Origin: an uncultured Rhodospirillaceae bacterium
GTDB taxonomy: Bacteria; Pseudomonadota; Alphaproteobacteria; UBA9219
NCBI GenBank assembly: GCA_964652235.1
Contig: CAZZDK010000010.1
Span: 5,083-69,082 of the forward strand
DNA: 64,000 nucleotides
Reading direction: 5' to 3'
Below are positions 38,901 to 50,058 of the stretch, piece after piece. A model generated the notes under the pieces. It made no database searches, was not told the origin of the DNA, and was given only the letters and a program-made list of their open reading frames with translations. Numbering within the stretch: the first letter of the stretch is position 1; each line of letters begins with the position of its first letter. The position numbers and the translations under genes were made by a program.

Positions 38901-39389
38901 ATGAAGGTGATTCGCTGCATTTTGGGCCTCGACCCCGGTTTGCGCCATACGGGATGGGGGGTTATCCGTCAGGAAGATAACCGCCTCTCGTTCGTGGCGG
39001 CGGGGCGCGTGAACCCGGACGCTTCCTTGCCGATGGCCAAGCGGTTGCGCGTTCTGGCGGGCGAGCTTGAAAAGATTATCGCCCTGCACGGACCGGACGA
39101 GGCGGCGATTGAAGAAACTTTCGTGAACAAAAACGCGGCTTCGGCCTTGAAGCTAGGTCAAGCGCGCGGCGTGGCGTTGCTCGCGCCCGCGCTGGCCGGG
39201 CTGGAAGTAACCGAATATTCGGCAAACAAAATCAAGCAAACCGTGACAGGTTACGGGCACGCCGACAAAAACCAGATCCAGGCCATGATGAAGATTTTGC
39301 TCCCCGGCGCGGGCAAGCTCGCTGCCGACGCCGCTGACGCTTTGGCCGTGGCGGTCTGTCATGCGCATCATCCGAGAGGGCGGGCATGA
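38901..39389 (+). CDS. ruvC: Holliday junction resolvase RuvC
   Basis: ILGLDPG start with catalytic Asp and conserved RuvC motifs. ruvC-ruvA-ruvB is contiguous, with 4-nt overlaps. Confidence 0.95.
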   Translation: MKVIRCILGLDPGLRHTGWGVIRQEDNRLSFVAAGRVNPDASLPMAKRLRVLAGELEKIIALHGPDEAAIEETFVNKNAASALKLGQARGVALLAPALAGLEVTEYSANKIKQTVTGYGHADKNQIQAMMKILLPGAGKLAADAADALAVAVCHAHHPRGRA

Positions 39390-40012
39390 TCGGCAAACTC
39401 ACGGGCGTGATTGACAGCGTTTCGGGCAGCCAGATGATTTTGGATGTGCAGGGCGTAGGGTACCTCGTCTCCTGTTCGGCCCATACCTTGCGGCTTGCGG
39501 GTTCCCCCGGCGCGGCGGTTTCCCTTTGGATCGAAACGCAGGTGCGCGAGGACGCCATCGCGCTCGTCGGTTTTGTAGAAGAAGCCGAACGCGACGCCTT
39601 CCGGCTTTTAACGACGGTGCAGGGCGTCGGCACCAAAGCGGCGCTGGCGATTTTGAGCATCCTTTCGCCCGAACGGCTTGCCCAGGCCGTCGCTTCGCAG
39701 GATAAGGCCGCGCTTACCGCCGCCGACGGCGTAGGGCCGAAGCTGGGCCTTCGCATCGTGACGGAACTTAAGGATAAAGTGGCGCACGTTCTTTCGCCTT
39801 TTCCGGCAGCGATCAAAGGCAGCAGCGCGATTTTACCCGGCGGCGGGATCATGGACGATGCGCTTTCGGTGCTTTCGCATCTGGGGTATCGACGGATGGA
39901 ATCCTTTGCGGCTTTATCCGCCGCCAGCGCGAAGCTCGGCGAGAAAGCGAAACTTGACGATCTGATCCGCGCGGCTTTGGCAGAGTTAAGTCGAAAGGAA
40001 GGCCCCCTATGA
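39386..40012 (+). CDS. ruvA: Holliday junction branch-migration protein RuvA
   Basis: MIGKLTGVI... start, OB domain plus HhH motifs ([14 protein letters not shown]), and a C-terminal domain III. Confidence 0.95.
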   Translation: MIGKLTGVIDSVSGSQMILDVQGVGYLVSCSAHTLRLAGSPGAAVSLWIETQVREDAIALVGFVEEAERDAFRLLTTVQGVGTKAALAILSILSPERLAQAVASQDKAALTAADGVGPKLGLRIVTELKDKVAHVLSPFPAAIKGSSAILPGGGIMDDALSVLSHLGYRRMESFAALSAASAKLGEKAKLDDLIRAALAELSRKEGPL

Positions 40013-41061
40013 CGACAGCGCCGGACCGCCTCGTTTCGATGACCCCCCTCGCGGCCGAAACGCCGGACGTGGCGTTGCGGCCCGAACGTCTTGTCGATTT
40101 CGTAGGACAAGACGTTTTGCGTGAGAATCTCAAGGTTTTCATCGAAGCCGCGAAAAAACGGAAACAAGCGCTCGATCATGTTTTGTTCTTCGGTCCGCCG
40201 GGACTCGGCAAGACGACGCTTGCGCAAATCGTAGCCAAGGAACTTGGCGTCGGCTTTCGCGGCACCTCCGGCCCTGTGATCGCGCGGGCGGGCGATCTGG
40301 CGGCGCTTTTAACCAACCTCCAGCCGCACGACGTTTTGTTCATCGACGAGATTCATCGGCTTAGCCCGGCGGTGGAAGAGATTCTTTATCCCGCGATGGA
40401 GGATTTTCAGCTCGATCTCGTCATCGGCGAAGGCCCCGCCGCGCGGTCGGTAAAAATCGACTTGCCGCCTTTCACGCTTATCGGGGCGACGACGCGTAGC
40501 GGCCTTATTACCCGGCCTTTGCGGGAAAGGTTCGGGATTCCCCTGCGGCTCAGCTTTTATGCTCCTGAAGAGCTGGCTCGGATCGCGCGAGCATCGGCCG
40601 GAAAATTGGGCCTTAAAATGACCGAAGACGGCGCGATGGAGATCGCCCGCCGTGCGCGCGGAACCCCTCGCGTGGCCGGTCGGCTTTTGCGGCGCGTGCG
40701 CGATTTTGCCGCCGTGGACGGACAGGCCGTCATCGACGCGAAAGAGGCGGATAAAGCGTTGACAAAACTGGAAGTCGATAAGCTCGGTTTCGACGCCATG
40801 GACCGCCGTTATCTTGCCATGATTGCCGACCATTATGCGGGCGGTCCCGTGGGCGTGGAAACGCTGGCGGCGGCTCTGTCCGAGCAACGCGACGTTTTGG
40901 AAGAAGTTGTCGAGCCGTTTCTGATCCAACAGGGGCTTTTGCAGCGGACGCCCAGGGGCCGCGTTTTGACGGACACAGGCTATCGCCATCTGGGGCGCGC
41001 CGCGCCGCCGGGGCGGCAAATGGAGCTGCTGCAAACGGAAAATGGAAACGAGGATGGGTGA
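40009..41061 (+). CDS. ruvB: Holliday junction ATP-dependent helicase RuvB
   Basis: AAA+ Walker [12 protein letters not shown], Walker [10 protein letters not shown], sensor motifs, and a winged-helix C-terminus. Confidence 0.97.
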   Translation: MTTAPDRLVSMTPLAAETPDVALRPERLVDFVGQDVLRENLKVFIEAAKKRKQALDHVLFFGPPGLGKTTLAQIVAKELGVGFRGTSGPVIARAGDLAALLTNLQPHDVLFIDEIHRLSPAVEEILYPAMEDFQLDLVIGEGPAARSVKIDLPPFTLIGATTRSGLITRPLRERFGIPLRLSFYAPEELARIARASAGKLGLKMTEDGAMEIARRARGTPRVAGRLLRRVRDFAAVDGQAVIDAKEADKALTKLEVDKLGFDAMDRRYLAMIADHYAGGPVGVETLAAALSEQRDVLEEVVEPFLIQQGLLQRTPRGRVLTDTGYRHLGRAAPPGRQMELLQTENGNEDG

Positions 41062-41482
41062 CACGTCTTTTCCGCCGCTTAGACTGCGGGTCTATTACGA
41101 AGACACAGATGCGGGGGGCGTGGTCTATTACGCGAACTATCTGCGTTTTGCCGAACGCGCGCGGACCGAGTGGCTTCGGGCGGCGCTTGGGCGGACGACA
41201 GAGATGTGGGGCGAAGCCGATCCTCTTTTCGTCGTGCGGCACTTGGAAGCCGATTATTTGGCCCCGGCTCGGCTGGATGATTGCCTGAGTGTAACGGTCG
41301 AGGCGATCCAAATCGGCGGCGCGAGTTTGCGGATGGAGCAAAAGATCTTACGGGGAGAGACGCTTTTGGTGGCGCTGAAGGTCGCCCTGGTCGCCGTGGG
41401 ACGCGACGGAAAAGTCTTGCGCATTCCGCTTGAATGGCGGCAAACATTGTCGGGTTTTTTGAACAAAGGAGCTTTGTCTTAA
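41042..41482 (+). CDS. ybgC: Tol-Pal-associated acyl-CoA thioesterase YbgC (hot-dog fold)
   Basis: 4HBT-like N-terminus [27 protein letters not shown]. It sits in the conserved position between ruvB and tolQ and overlaps the ruvB 3' end. Confidence 0.85.
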   Translation: METRMGDTSFPPLRLRVYYEDTDAGGVVYYANYLRFAERARTEWLRAALGRTTEMWGEADPLFVVRHLEADYLAPARLDDCLSVTVEAIQIGGASLRMEQKILRGETLLVALKVALVAVGRDGKVLRIPLEWRQTLSGFLNKGALS

Positions 41483-41483
41483 C

Positions 41484-42209
41484 ATGGAACCTCAAGTCGT
41501 TGACGCGGTAAAACTGGCCGGCTCGGTGGCGCCGGTCGATATGTCTTTGTTCGGCCTGTTCGGCCATGCGGATCTGGTGGGCAAGAGCGTGATGATCGGG
41601 CTCTTGCTCATTTCGGTTTTCACCTGGGCGCTCATTTTCGACAAAGCGACGAAGATTTTGCGATTGAAAGAGCGCGCCCTGTTTTTCGAGGAGCGCTTCT
41701 GGTCGGTCGGCTCGCTTGACTTGCTCTACGATAAGATTAAGCGTCCCGGTGATCCCATGCAGGCGGTTTTCGTCGCGGGCATGAAGGAATGGCGCAGCGC
41801 AAGCGAAAAAGGCCTGCTCGCCACCCCGCAGGGGCGCTCCAGCATCATGGGGCGCATCGACCGCGTGCTGCAGGTCACCATCGGGCGCGAGATGGCGTCG
41901 ATCGAGACCTGGATGACGTTTCTGGCCTCGGTCAGTTCCGTCGCGCCGTTTATCGGCCTGTTCGGAACGGTCTGGGGGATCATGCACAGCTTCATCGGCA
42001 TCGCGCAGGCTCAAAACACTTCGCTTACCGTTGTCGCGCCCGGCATCGCCGAGGCGCTGCTCGCCACCGCCATAGGCCTGGTGACGGCCATTCCGGCCAC
42101 GGCGGCCTACAACAAGTTTTCGACAGAAATAGGCCGTTACGGCGCGCGGCTTGAGAACTTCGCCAACGATTTCATCGCGACGCTTTCGCGCAATATGGAA
42201 GAACGCTGA
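41484..42209 (+). CDS. tolQ: Tol-Pal system protein TolQ
   Basis: MotA/TolQ/ExbB family with three TMs, conserved C-terminal IAPGIAEALLATAIGLVTAIPA, and operon context. Confidence 0.93.
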   Translation: MEPQVVDAVKLAGSVAPVDMSLFGLFGHADLVGKSVMIGLLLISVFTWALIFDKATKILRLKERALFFEERFWSVGSLDLLYDKIKRPGDPMQAVFVAGMKEWRSASEKGLLATPQGRSSIMGRIDRVLQVTIGREMASIETWMTFLASVSSVAPFIGLFGTVWGIMHSFIGIAQAQNTSLTVVAPGIAEALLATAIGLVTAIPATAAYNKFSTEIGRYGARLENFANDFIATLSRNMEER

Positions 42210-42210
42210 G

Positions 42211-42666
42211 ATGGGGGGCTCTCTTATGCCGTCGGGGGGAGGAGGGCGGCGCGGTCGTCGCGGCGCTTACCGTCCCATGGCCGATATCAACGTCACGCCG
42301 CTTGTGGACGTGATGTTGGTTCTTCTCGTCGTGTTCATGATCACCGCGCCTTTGCTTACGGTCGCTGTTCCCATTGACTTGCCGAAGGCGCAGGCGCAGT
42401 CCGTCAAGCAGGACAAGGAGCCGCTCGTCATCTCCGTCGACGTGAAGGGCAACGTCTATTTGCAGGAATCGAAGTCCGAGCTGGATTCCCTGGTCGCGAA
42501 ACTCAAGGCCGTGACGGGATCGAATCCGGATGCGCGGATTTTCGTGCGCGGCGACAAGGGCGTGCCCTACGGAAGGATCATGGAGGTGATGGGCACGATC
42601 AATGCGGCGGGCTTTACGAAAGTGGCGCTTGTCGCGGAACTGCCGCAGCCGAAGAAGGGCAGATGA
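42211..42666 (+). CDS. tolR: Tol-Pal system protein TolR (ExbD family)
   Basis: INVTPLVDVMLVLLVVFMI TM plus ExbD periplasmic domain. ATG at 42211 is the likely start; the ORF-track start at 42151 is inside tolQ. Confidence 0.9.
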   Translation: MGGSLMPSGGGGRRGRRGAYRPMADINVTPLVDVMLVLLVVFMITAPLLTVAVPIDLPKAQAQSVKQDKEPLVISVDVKGNVYLQESKSELDSLVAKLKAVTGSNPDARIFVRGDKGVPYGRIMEVMGTINAAGFTKVALVAELPQPKKGR

Positions 42667-42687
42667 GATAAGGCAAAGTTTCAAAAG

Positions 42688-43560
42688 ATGATCCACCGGG
42701 AAGAAAACCTCAAAGGCAGCCTGATCGCATCGACGGCTCTCCACGTCGGCGCGTTGCTTTTGATGTATTTCGGCTTGCCCATCTTTTCGAAACCCTTGCC
42801 CGTTCTGCCTTGGCGGCCTGTGCCGGTGGATATCGTGGAGATCGGCGCGATCACCAACACGCGCATTAAAGGCGAAGAGGACGAGGCGCCGACCGCCAGG
42901 ACCGCGCCCGAACAAAAGCCGCAACCGGTTCCCGAGGAGAAAAAGCCCGAGGAACCGAAACCGCCCGCCCCTCCGGCCAAACCCGCCGCCCCTGATAAAC
43001 CCTCGCCGGTCGAGGACGATGCCGTTCTGCCCGCGCCAACGCCGAAAAACAAACCCAAACCTCCCAAGGTCGAGCCGAAGCCGGAGCCAAAACCGGCGGA
43101 ACCCGATCCCCTGGCCAGCGTTCTTAAAAACGTCGCCAAGCTTAAGCCGACGGCGCCGCCCGTTCCCGACGCGCGGCCCGACGAAAAGAGCAATCCCGGC
43201 GAATCCAAGATGGGGTCTTCAAAGGGCTTCGGCCCCGCTTTGTCGGACCGACTGACCATCAGCCAGGAAGACGCGCTGCGCCGCCAGATGATGCAATGCT
43301 GGAATATGCCGGTGGGCGCACGCAATCCGGAAGAATTGATCGTTGAGGTCTTGATCGAAATGAACGAGGATCGTACGGTGCGGACGGCGCAGGTCGTGGA
43401 CCAAAAACGGATGGCGTCCGATCCTTACTTCCGCGCGGCGGCGGAAGCGGCCCTTCGGGCCTTGCGCCATCCGAAATGCACGCCGCTGGAGTTGCCGCCC
43501 GATCAGTACGAACAATGGAAGACGATTCGCTTCAACTTCGACCCACGGGATATGCTATGA
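42688..43560 (+). CDS. tolA: Tol-Pal system protein TolA-like (TM anchor, Pro/Lys-rich spacer, C-terminal domain)
   Basis: N-terminal TM ([14 protein letters not shown]), long PEPKP-rich low-complexity linker, a conserved C-terminal globular domain, and its position between tolR and tolB. Confidence 0.8.
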   Translation: MIHREENLKGSLIASTALHVGALLLMYFGLPIFSKPLPVLPWRPVPVDIVEIGAITNTRIKGEEDEAPTARTAPEQKPQPVPEEKKPEEPKPPAPPAKPAAPDKPSPVEDDAVLPAPTPKNKPKPPKVEPKPEPKPAEPDPLASVLKNVAKLKPTAPPVPDARPDEKSNPGESKMGSSKGFGPALSDRLTISQEDALRRQMMQCWNMPVGARNPEELIVEVLIEMNEDRTVRTAQVVDQKRMASDPYFRAAAEAALRALRHPKCTPLELPPDQYEQWKTIRFNFDPRDML

Positions 43561-44918
43561 AACAGATGTCAGATATCGGATGTCAGATGTCAAAAAAAGG
43601 AATATCGGCTTTCCTTTGCCTTCTGATTTCCGTTTTGTGCCTTTCCTTTCCTGCTCGCGCCGAAGTCCGCATCGACATTACGCGCGGCGTGGTGGAGCCG
43701 ATCCCCGTCGCCATCCCGGCCTTTTACGGCTCGGGCGGAACGGAAGCCCAGGTCGGGCGCGACATCGCCAAAGTCGTCGGGCAGGACCTCGTGCGGTCGG
43801 GCCTTTTCTCGCTCGTGGACCGGGGCGCCTTCATCCAGGACATGGATTCTCTGCTTGTCGCGCCGCGTTTCGCCGATTGGCGGGTTTTGAACGCGCAGGC
43901 GCTTGTCGTAGGGAGGATTGAGGCTCAGCCCGACGGAAGGCTGAAGGTCGAGTTCCGCCTGTGGGACGTGTTCGGCGAACAGCAAATGACGGGTCTGGCC
44001 TATTTCACGATCCCCAACAATTGGCGGCGCGTGGCGCATATCATTGCCGACGCCATTTATAAACGGATCACGGGCGAGGACGGCTATTTCGACACGCGCA
44101 TCGTCTATGTGGCCGAAAGCGGTCCCGCCACCGCCCGCGTCAAGCGTCTGGCCATCATGGATCAGGACGGCGAAAACCACCGCATTTTGAGCGACGGGCG
44201 GGCCTTGGTCCTGACACCCCGCTTTTCGCCGACCATGCAGGAAATCACCTACATGGCTTATTACAACAACCGGCCAAGGGTCTATTTATTCAACATCGAT
44301 TCGGGGCGGCAGGAAGTCCTGGGCGATTTCGAAAACATGACCTTTGCGCCGCGTTTCGCCCCCGACGGGAACAAGGTCGTCTTTTCCCTTTCCAAGAACG
44401 GCAATTCCGACATTTACACGATGGATTTGCGTTCGCGCCGGGTGAAACAGATCACCAACCACCCCTCCATCAACACGGCACCCAGCTACGCCCCGGACGG
44501 CAAGAGGATCACGTTCGAATCGGACCGCGGCGGCTCGCAGCAGATTTACGTCATGGATGCCGACGGTGGGGACGTGAAGCGCATCAGCTTCGGCGACGGG
44601 CGTTACGCCACGCCGGTCTGGTCGCCGCGCGGCGACTTGATCGCCTTTACCAAGCAGCAGGGCGGACGCTTTTACATCGGTGTCATGCGACCGGATGGGT
44701 CGGGCGAGAGGCTTTTGACCGAGTCCTATCACGTCGAAGGGCCGACCTGGGCGCCGAATGGCCGCGTTCTCATGTATTTCAAGGATCTCCCGACCGGCGT
44801 CGGCGGGAAGGCCAGGCGCGCGCGGCTTTATAGCATCGACCTGACGGGCTATAACGAACGCGAGATGGCAACGCCGATGGATGCTTCTGATCCGGCGTGG
44901 TCGCCCTTGATCCCTTGA
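43557..44918 (+). CDS. tolB: Tol-Pal system beta-propeller protein TolB
   Basis: Signal peptide, TolB N-domain, and six-bladed propeller repeats (PxxSPDG-repeats: [40 protein letters not shown]). The start overlaps the tolA stop (ATGA); the ORF track starts at 43476. Confidence 0.95.
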   Translation: MKQMSDIGCQMSKKGISAFLCLLISVLCLSFPARAEVRIDITRGVVEPIPVAIPAFYGSGGTEAQVGRDIAKVVGQDLVRSGLFSLVDRGAFIQDMDSLLVAPRFADWRVLNAQALVVGRIEAQPDGRLKVEFRLWDVFGEQQMTGLAYFTIPNNWRRVAHIIADAIYKRITGEDGYFDTRIVYVAESGPATARVKRLAIMDQDGENHRILSDGRALVLTPRFSPTMQEITYMAYYNNRPRVYLFNIDSGRQEVLGDFENMTFAPRFAPDGNKVVFSLSKNGNSDIYTMDLRSRRVKQITNHPSINTAPSYAPDGKRITFESDRGGSQQIYVMDADGGDVKRISFGDGRYATPVWSPRGDLIAFTKQQGGRFYIGVMRPDGSGERLLTESYHVEGPTWAPNGRVLMYFKDLPTGVGGKARRARLYSIDLTGYNEREMATPMDASDPAWSPLIP

Positions 44919-45240
44919 GAATCGGACGGGCGTCTCTTTTGTGCCTTACTTGATATCCAATTAAGGCGAAACGGCCTTAATCTGTTGCAGGAGCGACACG
45001 TATCCGTTGCCTTCTCCTCACGCTTGAAGATTCCCGGAATCGCCCCTTGATTCAAAAAGGTTCAAGCGTTAATTTAATTCCGGTTTCGCTTTCCGGCTTG
45101 CTCTTTTGGAAGGGAGGGCCGGGGGCGGGTTTCCTTTAACAAAGCTTGTTTTTCCTTGAAAACAAGCATCTCGGCTAAGGCTGAGGACGCGCTTAAGCGG
45201 GTCCGGCCGGATCCGCCAGAGGTTCACAAAGGGGGATAAA

Positions 45241-45723
45241 ATGTTCAAAAAGTTCATGTGTCTTATGGCGGCGCTGGTCATGGTGTCGGCTTGCGACACG
45301 ACCGGAAGCGATGATGGCATGGGCGGCGCCGGCGGCGCCGGCGGCAAGATGGGCGTGGCTCGTCCGGGCACGCAGGAAGATTTGGTCGTCAATGTCGGCG
45401 ATCGCGTCTTCTTCGGCTTCGACAAGTCCGATCTTACGGCCGAAGCCCGCGCGACCCTCGATCGCCAGGCCGCTTGGCTCAAGCAATATCCGACCGTCAA
45501 GGTCACGATGGAAGGCCACTGCGACGAACGCGGCACCCGCGAATACAACTTGGCGCTCGGCGAACGTCGCGCCTCTGCGGCGAAGAACTATCTCGTCGCG
45601 GCCGGCATCGCGGCTGATCGCATCAAGACCGTCAGCTACGGCAAGGAACGCCCCGCCGTGCTCGGAAGCAACGAAGCGGCTTGGGCTCAAAACCGCCGCG
45701 CCGTTACGGTCACCGCGCAGTAA
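45241..45723 (+). CDS. pal: Peptidoglycan-associated lipoprotein Pal
   Basis: Lipobox (LVMVSAC), Gly-rich linker, and OmpA-like domain (GHCDERGTREYNLALGERRA). It lies 320 bp downstream of tolB. Confidence 0.93.
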   Translation: MFKKFMCLMAALVMVSACDTTGSDDGMGGAGGAGGKMGVARPGTQEDLVVNVGDRVFFGFDKSDLTAEARATLDRQAAWLKQYPTVKVTMEGHCDERGTREYNLALGERRASAAKNYLVAAGIAADRIKTVSYGKERPAVLGSNEAAWAQNRRAVTVTAQ

Positions 45724-45765
45724 GGGACGTCAGGCCGAGGCTTGAAGCCCGGTTTGAACGAAAAG

Positions 45766-45800
45766 AAAACCGCGATCCGAAAGGGTCGCGGTTTTTGCTT
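45766..45800 (+). terminator. Rho-independent terminator after pal
   Basis: aaaaCCGCGAtccgaaaggGTCGCGGttttt hairpin plus T5. Confidence 0.55.
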
Positions 45801-45862
45801 GGACTTTTCTCTGAATAGGCTATAAACCGCCCTGTTTTTCAACTCTTTCAGGAGTTCCTCTC

Positions 45863-46285
45863 ATGGCTATCGAACGTACTTTTTCGATCATCAAACCCGA
45901 CGCCACGCGCCGCAATCTGACCGGCAAAATCAACGCCAAGCTGGAAGAGGCGGGCCTGCGCATTATCGCGCAAAAGCGCCTCCTCATGACCCGCTCGCAG
46001 GCGGAAGGCTTCTATGCCGTCCATAAAGAGAGGCCTTTCTTTAACAGCCTGTGCGATTTCATGACGTCCGGCCCCGTCGTGGTCCAGGTTCTTGAGGGTG
46101 AAAACGCTGTGCTTCGGAATCGCGAGGTGATGGGCGCGACGAACCCGGCCCAGGCGGCCCCCGGCACGATCCGCAAAGAGTTTGCCGAAAGCATCGAGGC
46201 AAACTCGGTCCACGGCTCGGATAGCCTTGAAAACGCAGCCATAGAGATTGCGTATTTCTTCAGCCAGATTGAACTGGTCGGCTAA
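45863..46285 (+). CDS. ndk: Nucleoside diphosphate kinase
   Basis: [11 protein letters not shown] start and catalytic-His motif NSVHGSDS, 140 aa. Confidence 0.95.
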   Translation: MAIERTFSIIKPDATRRNLTGKINAKLEEAGLRIIAQKRLLMTRSQAEGFYAVHKERPFFNSLCDFMTSGPVVVQVLEGENAVLRNREVMGATNPAQAAPGTIRKEFAESIEANSVHGSDSLENAAIEIAYFFSQIELVG

Positions 46286-47574
46286 TCCATAAACGGATCG
46301 CGCACGAGAATCGTGTCTTCGCGTTCGGGGCTTGTGGAAACGAGCGTCACGGGCGCTTCGACCATTTCCTCGATCCGGCGGATATATTTAATCGCCTCGG
46401 CGGGCAGCCCGGCCCAGCTGCGCGCGCCTTGCGTGCTTTCGCTCCAGCCTTCGCAGGTTTCGTAAACCGGCTCCACCTTGGATTGCGCCAGGGCGCCGGC
46501 GGGAAGGTGGTCGATTTCCTCTCCGTCCAATCTATAGGCGCGGCAGATTTTGATTTCCTTGAGGCCGTCCAGCACGTCGAGTTTCGTGAGAACCAGCCCG
46601 TCGATTCCGCCGACCTTGACGGCCTGTCGCACAGCCACGGCGTCAAGCCAGCCGCAACGGCGCTTGCGGCCCGTCACGGTGCCGTACTCGCGTCCGCGCT
46701 CGCCGATCAGGGCGCCGATTTCGCCCAGATCCTCGGTGGGGAACGGCCCCGTGCCCACGCGCGTCGTATAGGCTTTGCAAATGCCCAGAATGCGGCCCAG
46801 CATTTTGGGGCTGACGCCCGCGCCCGCGGCGGCCTGTCCGCCCACGATGTTGCTGGAGGTGACGAAAGGATAGGTGCCGTGATCGATGTCGAGCATGGTG
46901 CCTTGCGCGCCTTCGAACAAAACCAGCTTTCCTTCCCGGCGCACCTCTTCGAGTCGTTTCCAGACGACGGCGGCATAGGGCAGGATGCGGGGCGCGACCT
47001 CCATCACTTCGTCATAGACCGCCTCGACCTTCAGCTCTTGCGCGCCGTAGCCGCGTAAAAGTGCGTTATGGTGGGTGAGAAGGTCCTCGATTTTTTCCTT
47101 GAGAACGGACGGTTCCCGCAAATCGCACAAACGCACGGCGCGGCGGGCGATCTTGTCCTCGTAAGCGGGGCCGATGCCGCGCCCCGTCGTGCCTATTTTT
47201 CTCGCGCCTTTGGCGGCTTCCCTCGCGCGGTCCACGATGCCGTGGACGGGCAGAATAAGCGGGCAGTTTTCCGCGACGATAAGATTGTCCGGCGAGACGG
47301 CGACGCCGCGATTCTTGATGTTGTCGATCTCATTCAAAAGAGCCCAGGGATCAACCACGACGCCGTTACCGATGATCGAAAGCTTGCCGGGCCGCACGAT
47401 GCCCGAAGGGAGCAGGTTGAGCTTATAGACATTGCCGTCGATCACGAGCGTGTGGCCCGCATTGTTGCCGCCTTGAAAGCGCACCACGACATCCGCGCGC
47501 GACGACAGCCAATCCACGACCTTGCCCTTGCCTTCATCGCCCCATTGGGCCCCCACGACGACGACGTTTTTCAT
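46282..47574 (-). CDS. purA: Adenylosuccinate synthetase PurA
   Basis: [12 protein letters not shown]-loop and GGNNAGHT motif, 430 aa. It is convergent with ndk, with a 4-nt overlap. Confidence 0.97.
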   Translation of the reverse strand: MKNVVVVGAQWGDEGKGKVVDWLSSRADVVVRFQGGNNAGHTLVIDGNVYKLNLLPSGIVRPGKLSIIGNGVVVDPWALLNEIDNIKNRGVAVSPDNLIVAENCPLILPVHGIVDRAREAAKGARKIGTTGRGIGPAYEDKIARRAVRLCDLREPSVLKEKIEDLLTHHNALLRGYGAQELKVEAVYDEVMEVAPRILPYAAVVWKRLEEVRREGKLVLFEGAQGTMLDIDHGTYPFVTSSNIVGGQAAAGAGVSPKMLGRILGICKAYTTRVGTGPFPTEDLGEIGALIGERGREYGTVTGRKRRCGWLDAVAVRQAVKVGGIDGLVLTKLDVLDGLKEIKICRAYRLDGEEIDHLPAGALAQSKVEPVYETCEGWSESTQGARSWAGLPAEAIKYIRRIEEMVEAPVTLVSTSPEREDTILVRDPFMD

Positions 47575-47721
47575 CGGAAAATATCCTTTAATAAGGTTTG
47601 CAAGCGTGGGTCAGCTAATCACATTTTTCCCGGATTCCCAAGGAATCTTCGTTCTTTATCCGGATAACGAAAAAGGCTAGGTTTGTCGGAATAACGTGTT
47701 TCTTCATCCTTAACGCGCCCC

Positions 47722-48303
47722 ATGTCCCCCGTTCGCTCGCTTTACAATTGGACCCTTCGCCAAGCCGAGGGGCCTTATGCCGCTTACGTCCTTTTCGCCG
47801 TCGCTTTCGCGGAAAGTTCCTTTTTCCCCATTCCGCCGGACGTCCTGCTTTTGCCCATGGCCTTGGCTTGCCGTGAGAAGGCGTGGCGTTACGCCCTGAT
47901 TTGCACGGTGGGTTCCGTCGTCGGCGGGCTTTTGGGTTATGCCATCGGCGCCTATTTGTACGACACGGTGGGGCAATGGATCATCAATACTTATCATTTG
48001 CAGGAAGGCTTTCAGCGGTTTCACGACGAGTTCAATCGCTGGGGCGTGGCAATTATTCTGGCCAAAGGCTTGACGCCCATACCGTTCAAGCTAGTGACTA
48101 TCGCAAGCGGCGTGGCGGCTTTGCCGCTTGTTCCCTTCGTTTTGGCGTCTATAGCCACGCGGGCCTTGCGGTTTTATCTCGTCGCGGGGCTTGTCCGGAA
48201 GTTCGGCGAGCCGATCCGGACTTTCGTGGAAAAATATTTGAACTGGGTCGCGCTGGGGGTTTTGGTTTTAATTGTTTTCGGATTCTGGCTTGTTCTCCAT
48301 TAA
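47722..48303 (+). CDS. DedA/YqaA-family inner membrane protein
   Basis: About 190 aa, four TMs, and YqaA-like pattern (FAESSFFPIPPDVLLLPMAL). Confidence 0.75.
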   Translation: MSPVRSLYNWTLRQAEGPYAAYVLFAVAFAESSFFPIPPDVLLLPMALACREKAWRYALICTVGSVVGGLLGYAIGAYLYDTVGQWIINTYHLQEGFQRFHDEFNRWGVAIILAKGLTPIPFKLVTIASGVAALPLVPFVLASIATRALRFYLVAGLVRKFGEPIRTFVEKYLNWVALGVLVLIVFGFWLVLH

Positions 48304-48975
48304 AATCTTCTGAACGAACGGAATAGAAATTTTCCGTCCCGTCTCAAGCGCGGCTTCGTCCAGCGCCGCGACGGCCTGGCGGATGGCCGTTCCCGTTCGC
48401 TCCAGACGCGCCGCCAGATAATCCACGACGCCTGCGTCCACCATCAATTGCCGGTCGGCGAAAAGCTTGAGCAAAAGGCCGCGCATGAGCTCGTCATCTG
48501 GTTCAAAAAGGCGGACAGAGAGGCAGCTTTTAAGCCGCGTCTCGATGTCCGGCAGGTCCAGCCCCCACAAGGCGGGAGGCCTGGCCGCCGTCAAAAGCAG
48601 CGGCGCGCCCGCAGCCTTTGCGGCGTTGAAAAGGTGCTGAAGCCATTCTTCGCTCTCGCCCTCGCCCGCAACGGTGTCCGCATCGTCCAAGGCAAAGGCT
48701 TTGGCTGAAGTCGCGCCGGTCGCGATATCCTCAAGCGTTTTGTCGCCGACATTCAGGCGTCTGGCTTTATGTTTATCGGCCCAGGCGCAAAGGAGGTGCG
48801 TCTTGCCCGCTCCTTCCGGTCCCCAAAGAACGAGCGCGGGGGAGGGCCAGGCCGCCGGTTCGCGCTCTAAAAGCCATTGCGCGGCCTCGGCGTTCGCGGG
48901 CGAGACGAGAAAATCCTCCGCCCCCATCAGCTCCTGAAAGGGCAGCGGCAGGTGATATTGGCGAGGATCATTCAT
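48268..48975 (-). CDS. hda: DnaA-related regulatory protein Hda/HdaA (DnaA inactivation)
   Basis: DnaA-like AAA+ domain without a DNA-binding domain: LVLWGPEGAGKTHLLCAWA, sensor/arginine-finger region, 235 aa. The 3' end overlaps the convergent yqaA-like gene by about 36 nt. Confidence 0.8.
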   Translation of the reverse strand: MNDPRQYHLPLPFQELMGAEDFLVSPANAEAAQWLLEREPAAWPSPALVLWGPEGAGKTHLLCAWADKHKARRLNVGDKTLEDIATGATSAKAFALDDADTVAGEGESEEWLQHLFNAAKAAGAPLLLTAARPPALWGLDLPDIETRLKSCLSVRLFEPDDELMRGLLLKLFADRQLMVDAGVVDYLAARLERTGTAIRQAVAALDEAALETGRKISIPFVQKILMENKPESENN

Positions 48976-50042
48976 CGCGGTTTTTGCCGCCGCTCGTAAA
49001 GCGTGCTGCTTTTGTAACGTTTGAGCGCGAGGCGGATCAGAACGCCGATGATGGCGGCGAGCGGCACGGCGATCAAAACGCCCACAAAGCCGAGCAGGCT
49101 CGCGCCCGCGAAAAGAGCGAAGATGATCCAGACGGGATGAAGCCCCACGCGGTCGCCCACGAGCTTGGGCGTCAGGACGTAGCCTTCAAGCGTTTGCCCG
49201 ACGAGAAAAACCAGAAACGTCAGGAAGATGGAAAGAGCGTCGTTGAATTGCGTGAAGGCCAGAATCATGCTTGCGACCAAGACGAACCCCGATCCGACAT
49301 AGGGGATAAAGGACAAAAAGCCCGCCACGATGCCGATGGTCGCGCCGTATTTAAGGCCGACGAGCGAAAGGCCGACGCTGTAAATAATGCCGAGAGAAAG
49401 GCAGACGAGCGCCTGGCCGCGCAGAAAGCCGGAAAGGGTGCGGTCGATTTGGTCAACCGCCTCGCGAAACAGGTTGTAATTTTTTCTGGGCACGAGCGAG
49501 TTCACTCCTTCCGTCGCGTGGGGCCAGTCGCGCAAGAGATAAAAGGCGACAATCGGCGTGATGACAAGCAGCATGGCGATATCGAACAGCGCAAAGCCGC
49601 CGCTTACGAGCTTCTTAAGCATTTCCGCGAACCAAAGAGCCAGGCTTCCCGCGTAATTTCCGGCCGCGTCGCGCAATTTCTCGACATCGCCCGGCGACAG
49701 CCTTTCAAGCCATTCCGTCACGGGGGGAAGGACCCTCTCCCTTAAAGCGGCAATGACCGAAGGCAGCGTTTCGATCAGCGAGGCCAGCTGGCTTTGGAGC
49801 AAGGGCAAAATGAGCAAAAGCGCGATGATAACGGCGGAAACGAAGCTTAAGAGAACAAGCGCGGCGCCGAAAGGGCGCGACAGACGTTTGGCCGAAAGCT
49901 TGTTGACGATGGGGTCGAGCAAATAAGCGATGACGGCGCCCGCGACAAAGGGCAAAAGAATGGGTTTCAAAAGCCAGACGAGGCCCGCGAAACAAAGCCC
50001 CAGGAAAAGCCAAAACCTGTTTTGCGCGGCGGGATCGTTCAT
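48972..50042 (-). CDS. AI-2E family transporter (PerM/YdiK-like permease)
   Basis: Eight-TM permease with the AI-2E signature region (GFLRGQALVCLSLGIIYSVGL...IPYVGS). Start at the internal MNDPAAQNRF; the ORF track starts at 50120. Confidence 0.85.
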   Translation of the reverse strand: MNDPAAQNRFWLFLGLCFAGLVWLLKPILLPFVAGAVIAYLLDPIVNKLSAKRLSRPFGAALVLLSFVSAVIIALLLILPLLQSQLASLIETLPSVIAALRERVLPPVTEWLERLSPGDVEKLRDAAGNYAGSLALWFAEMLKKLVSGGFALFDIAMLLVITPIVAFYLLRDWPHATEGVNSLVPRKNYNLFREAVDQIDRTLSGFLRGQALVCLSLGIIYSVGLSLVGLKYGATIGIVAGFLSFIPYVGSGFVLVASMILAFTQFNDALSIFLTFLVFLVGQTLEGYVLTPKLVGDRVGLHPVWIIFALFAGASLLGFVGVLIAVPLAAIIGVLIRLALKRYKSSTLYERRQKPR

Positions 50043-50058
50043 GGTCTCGGCCTTTCTT

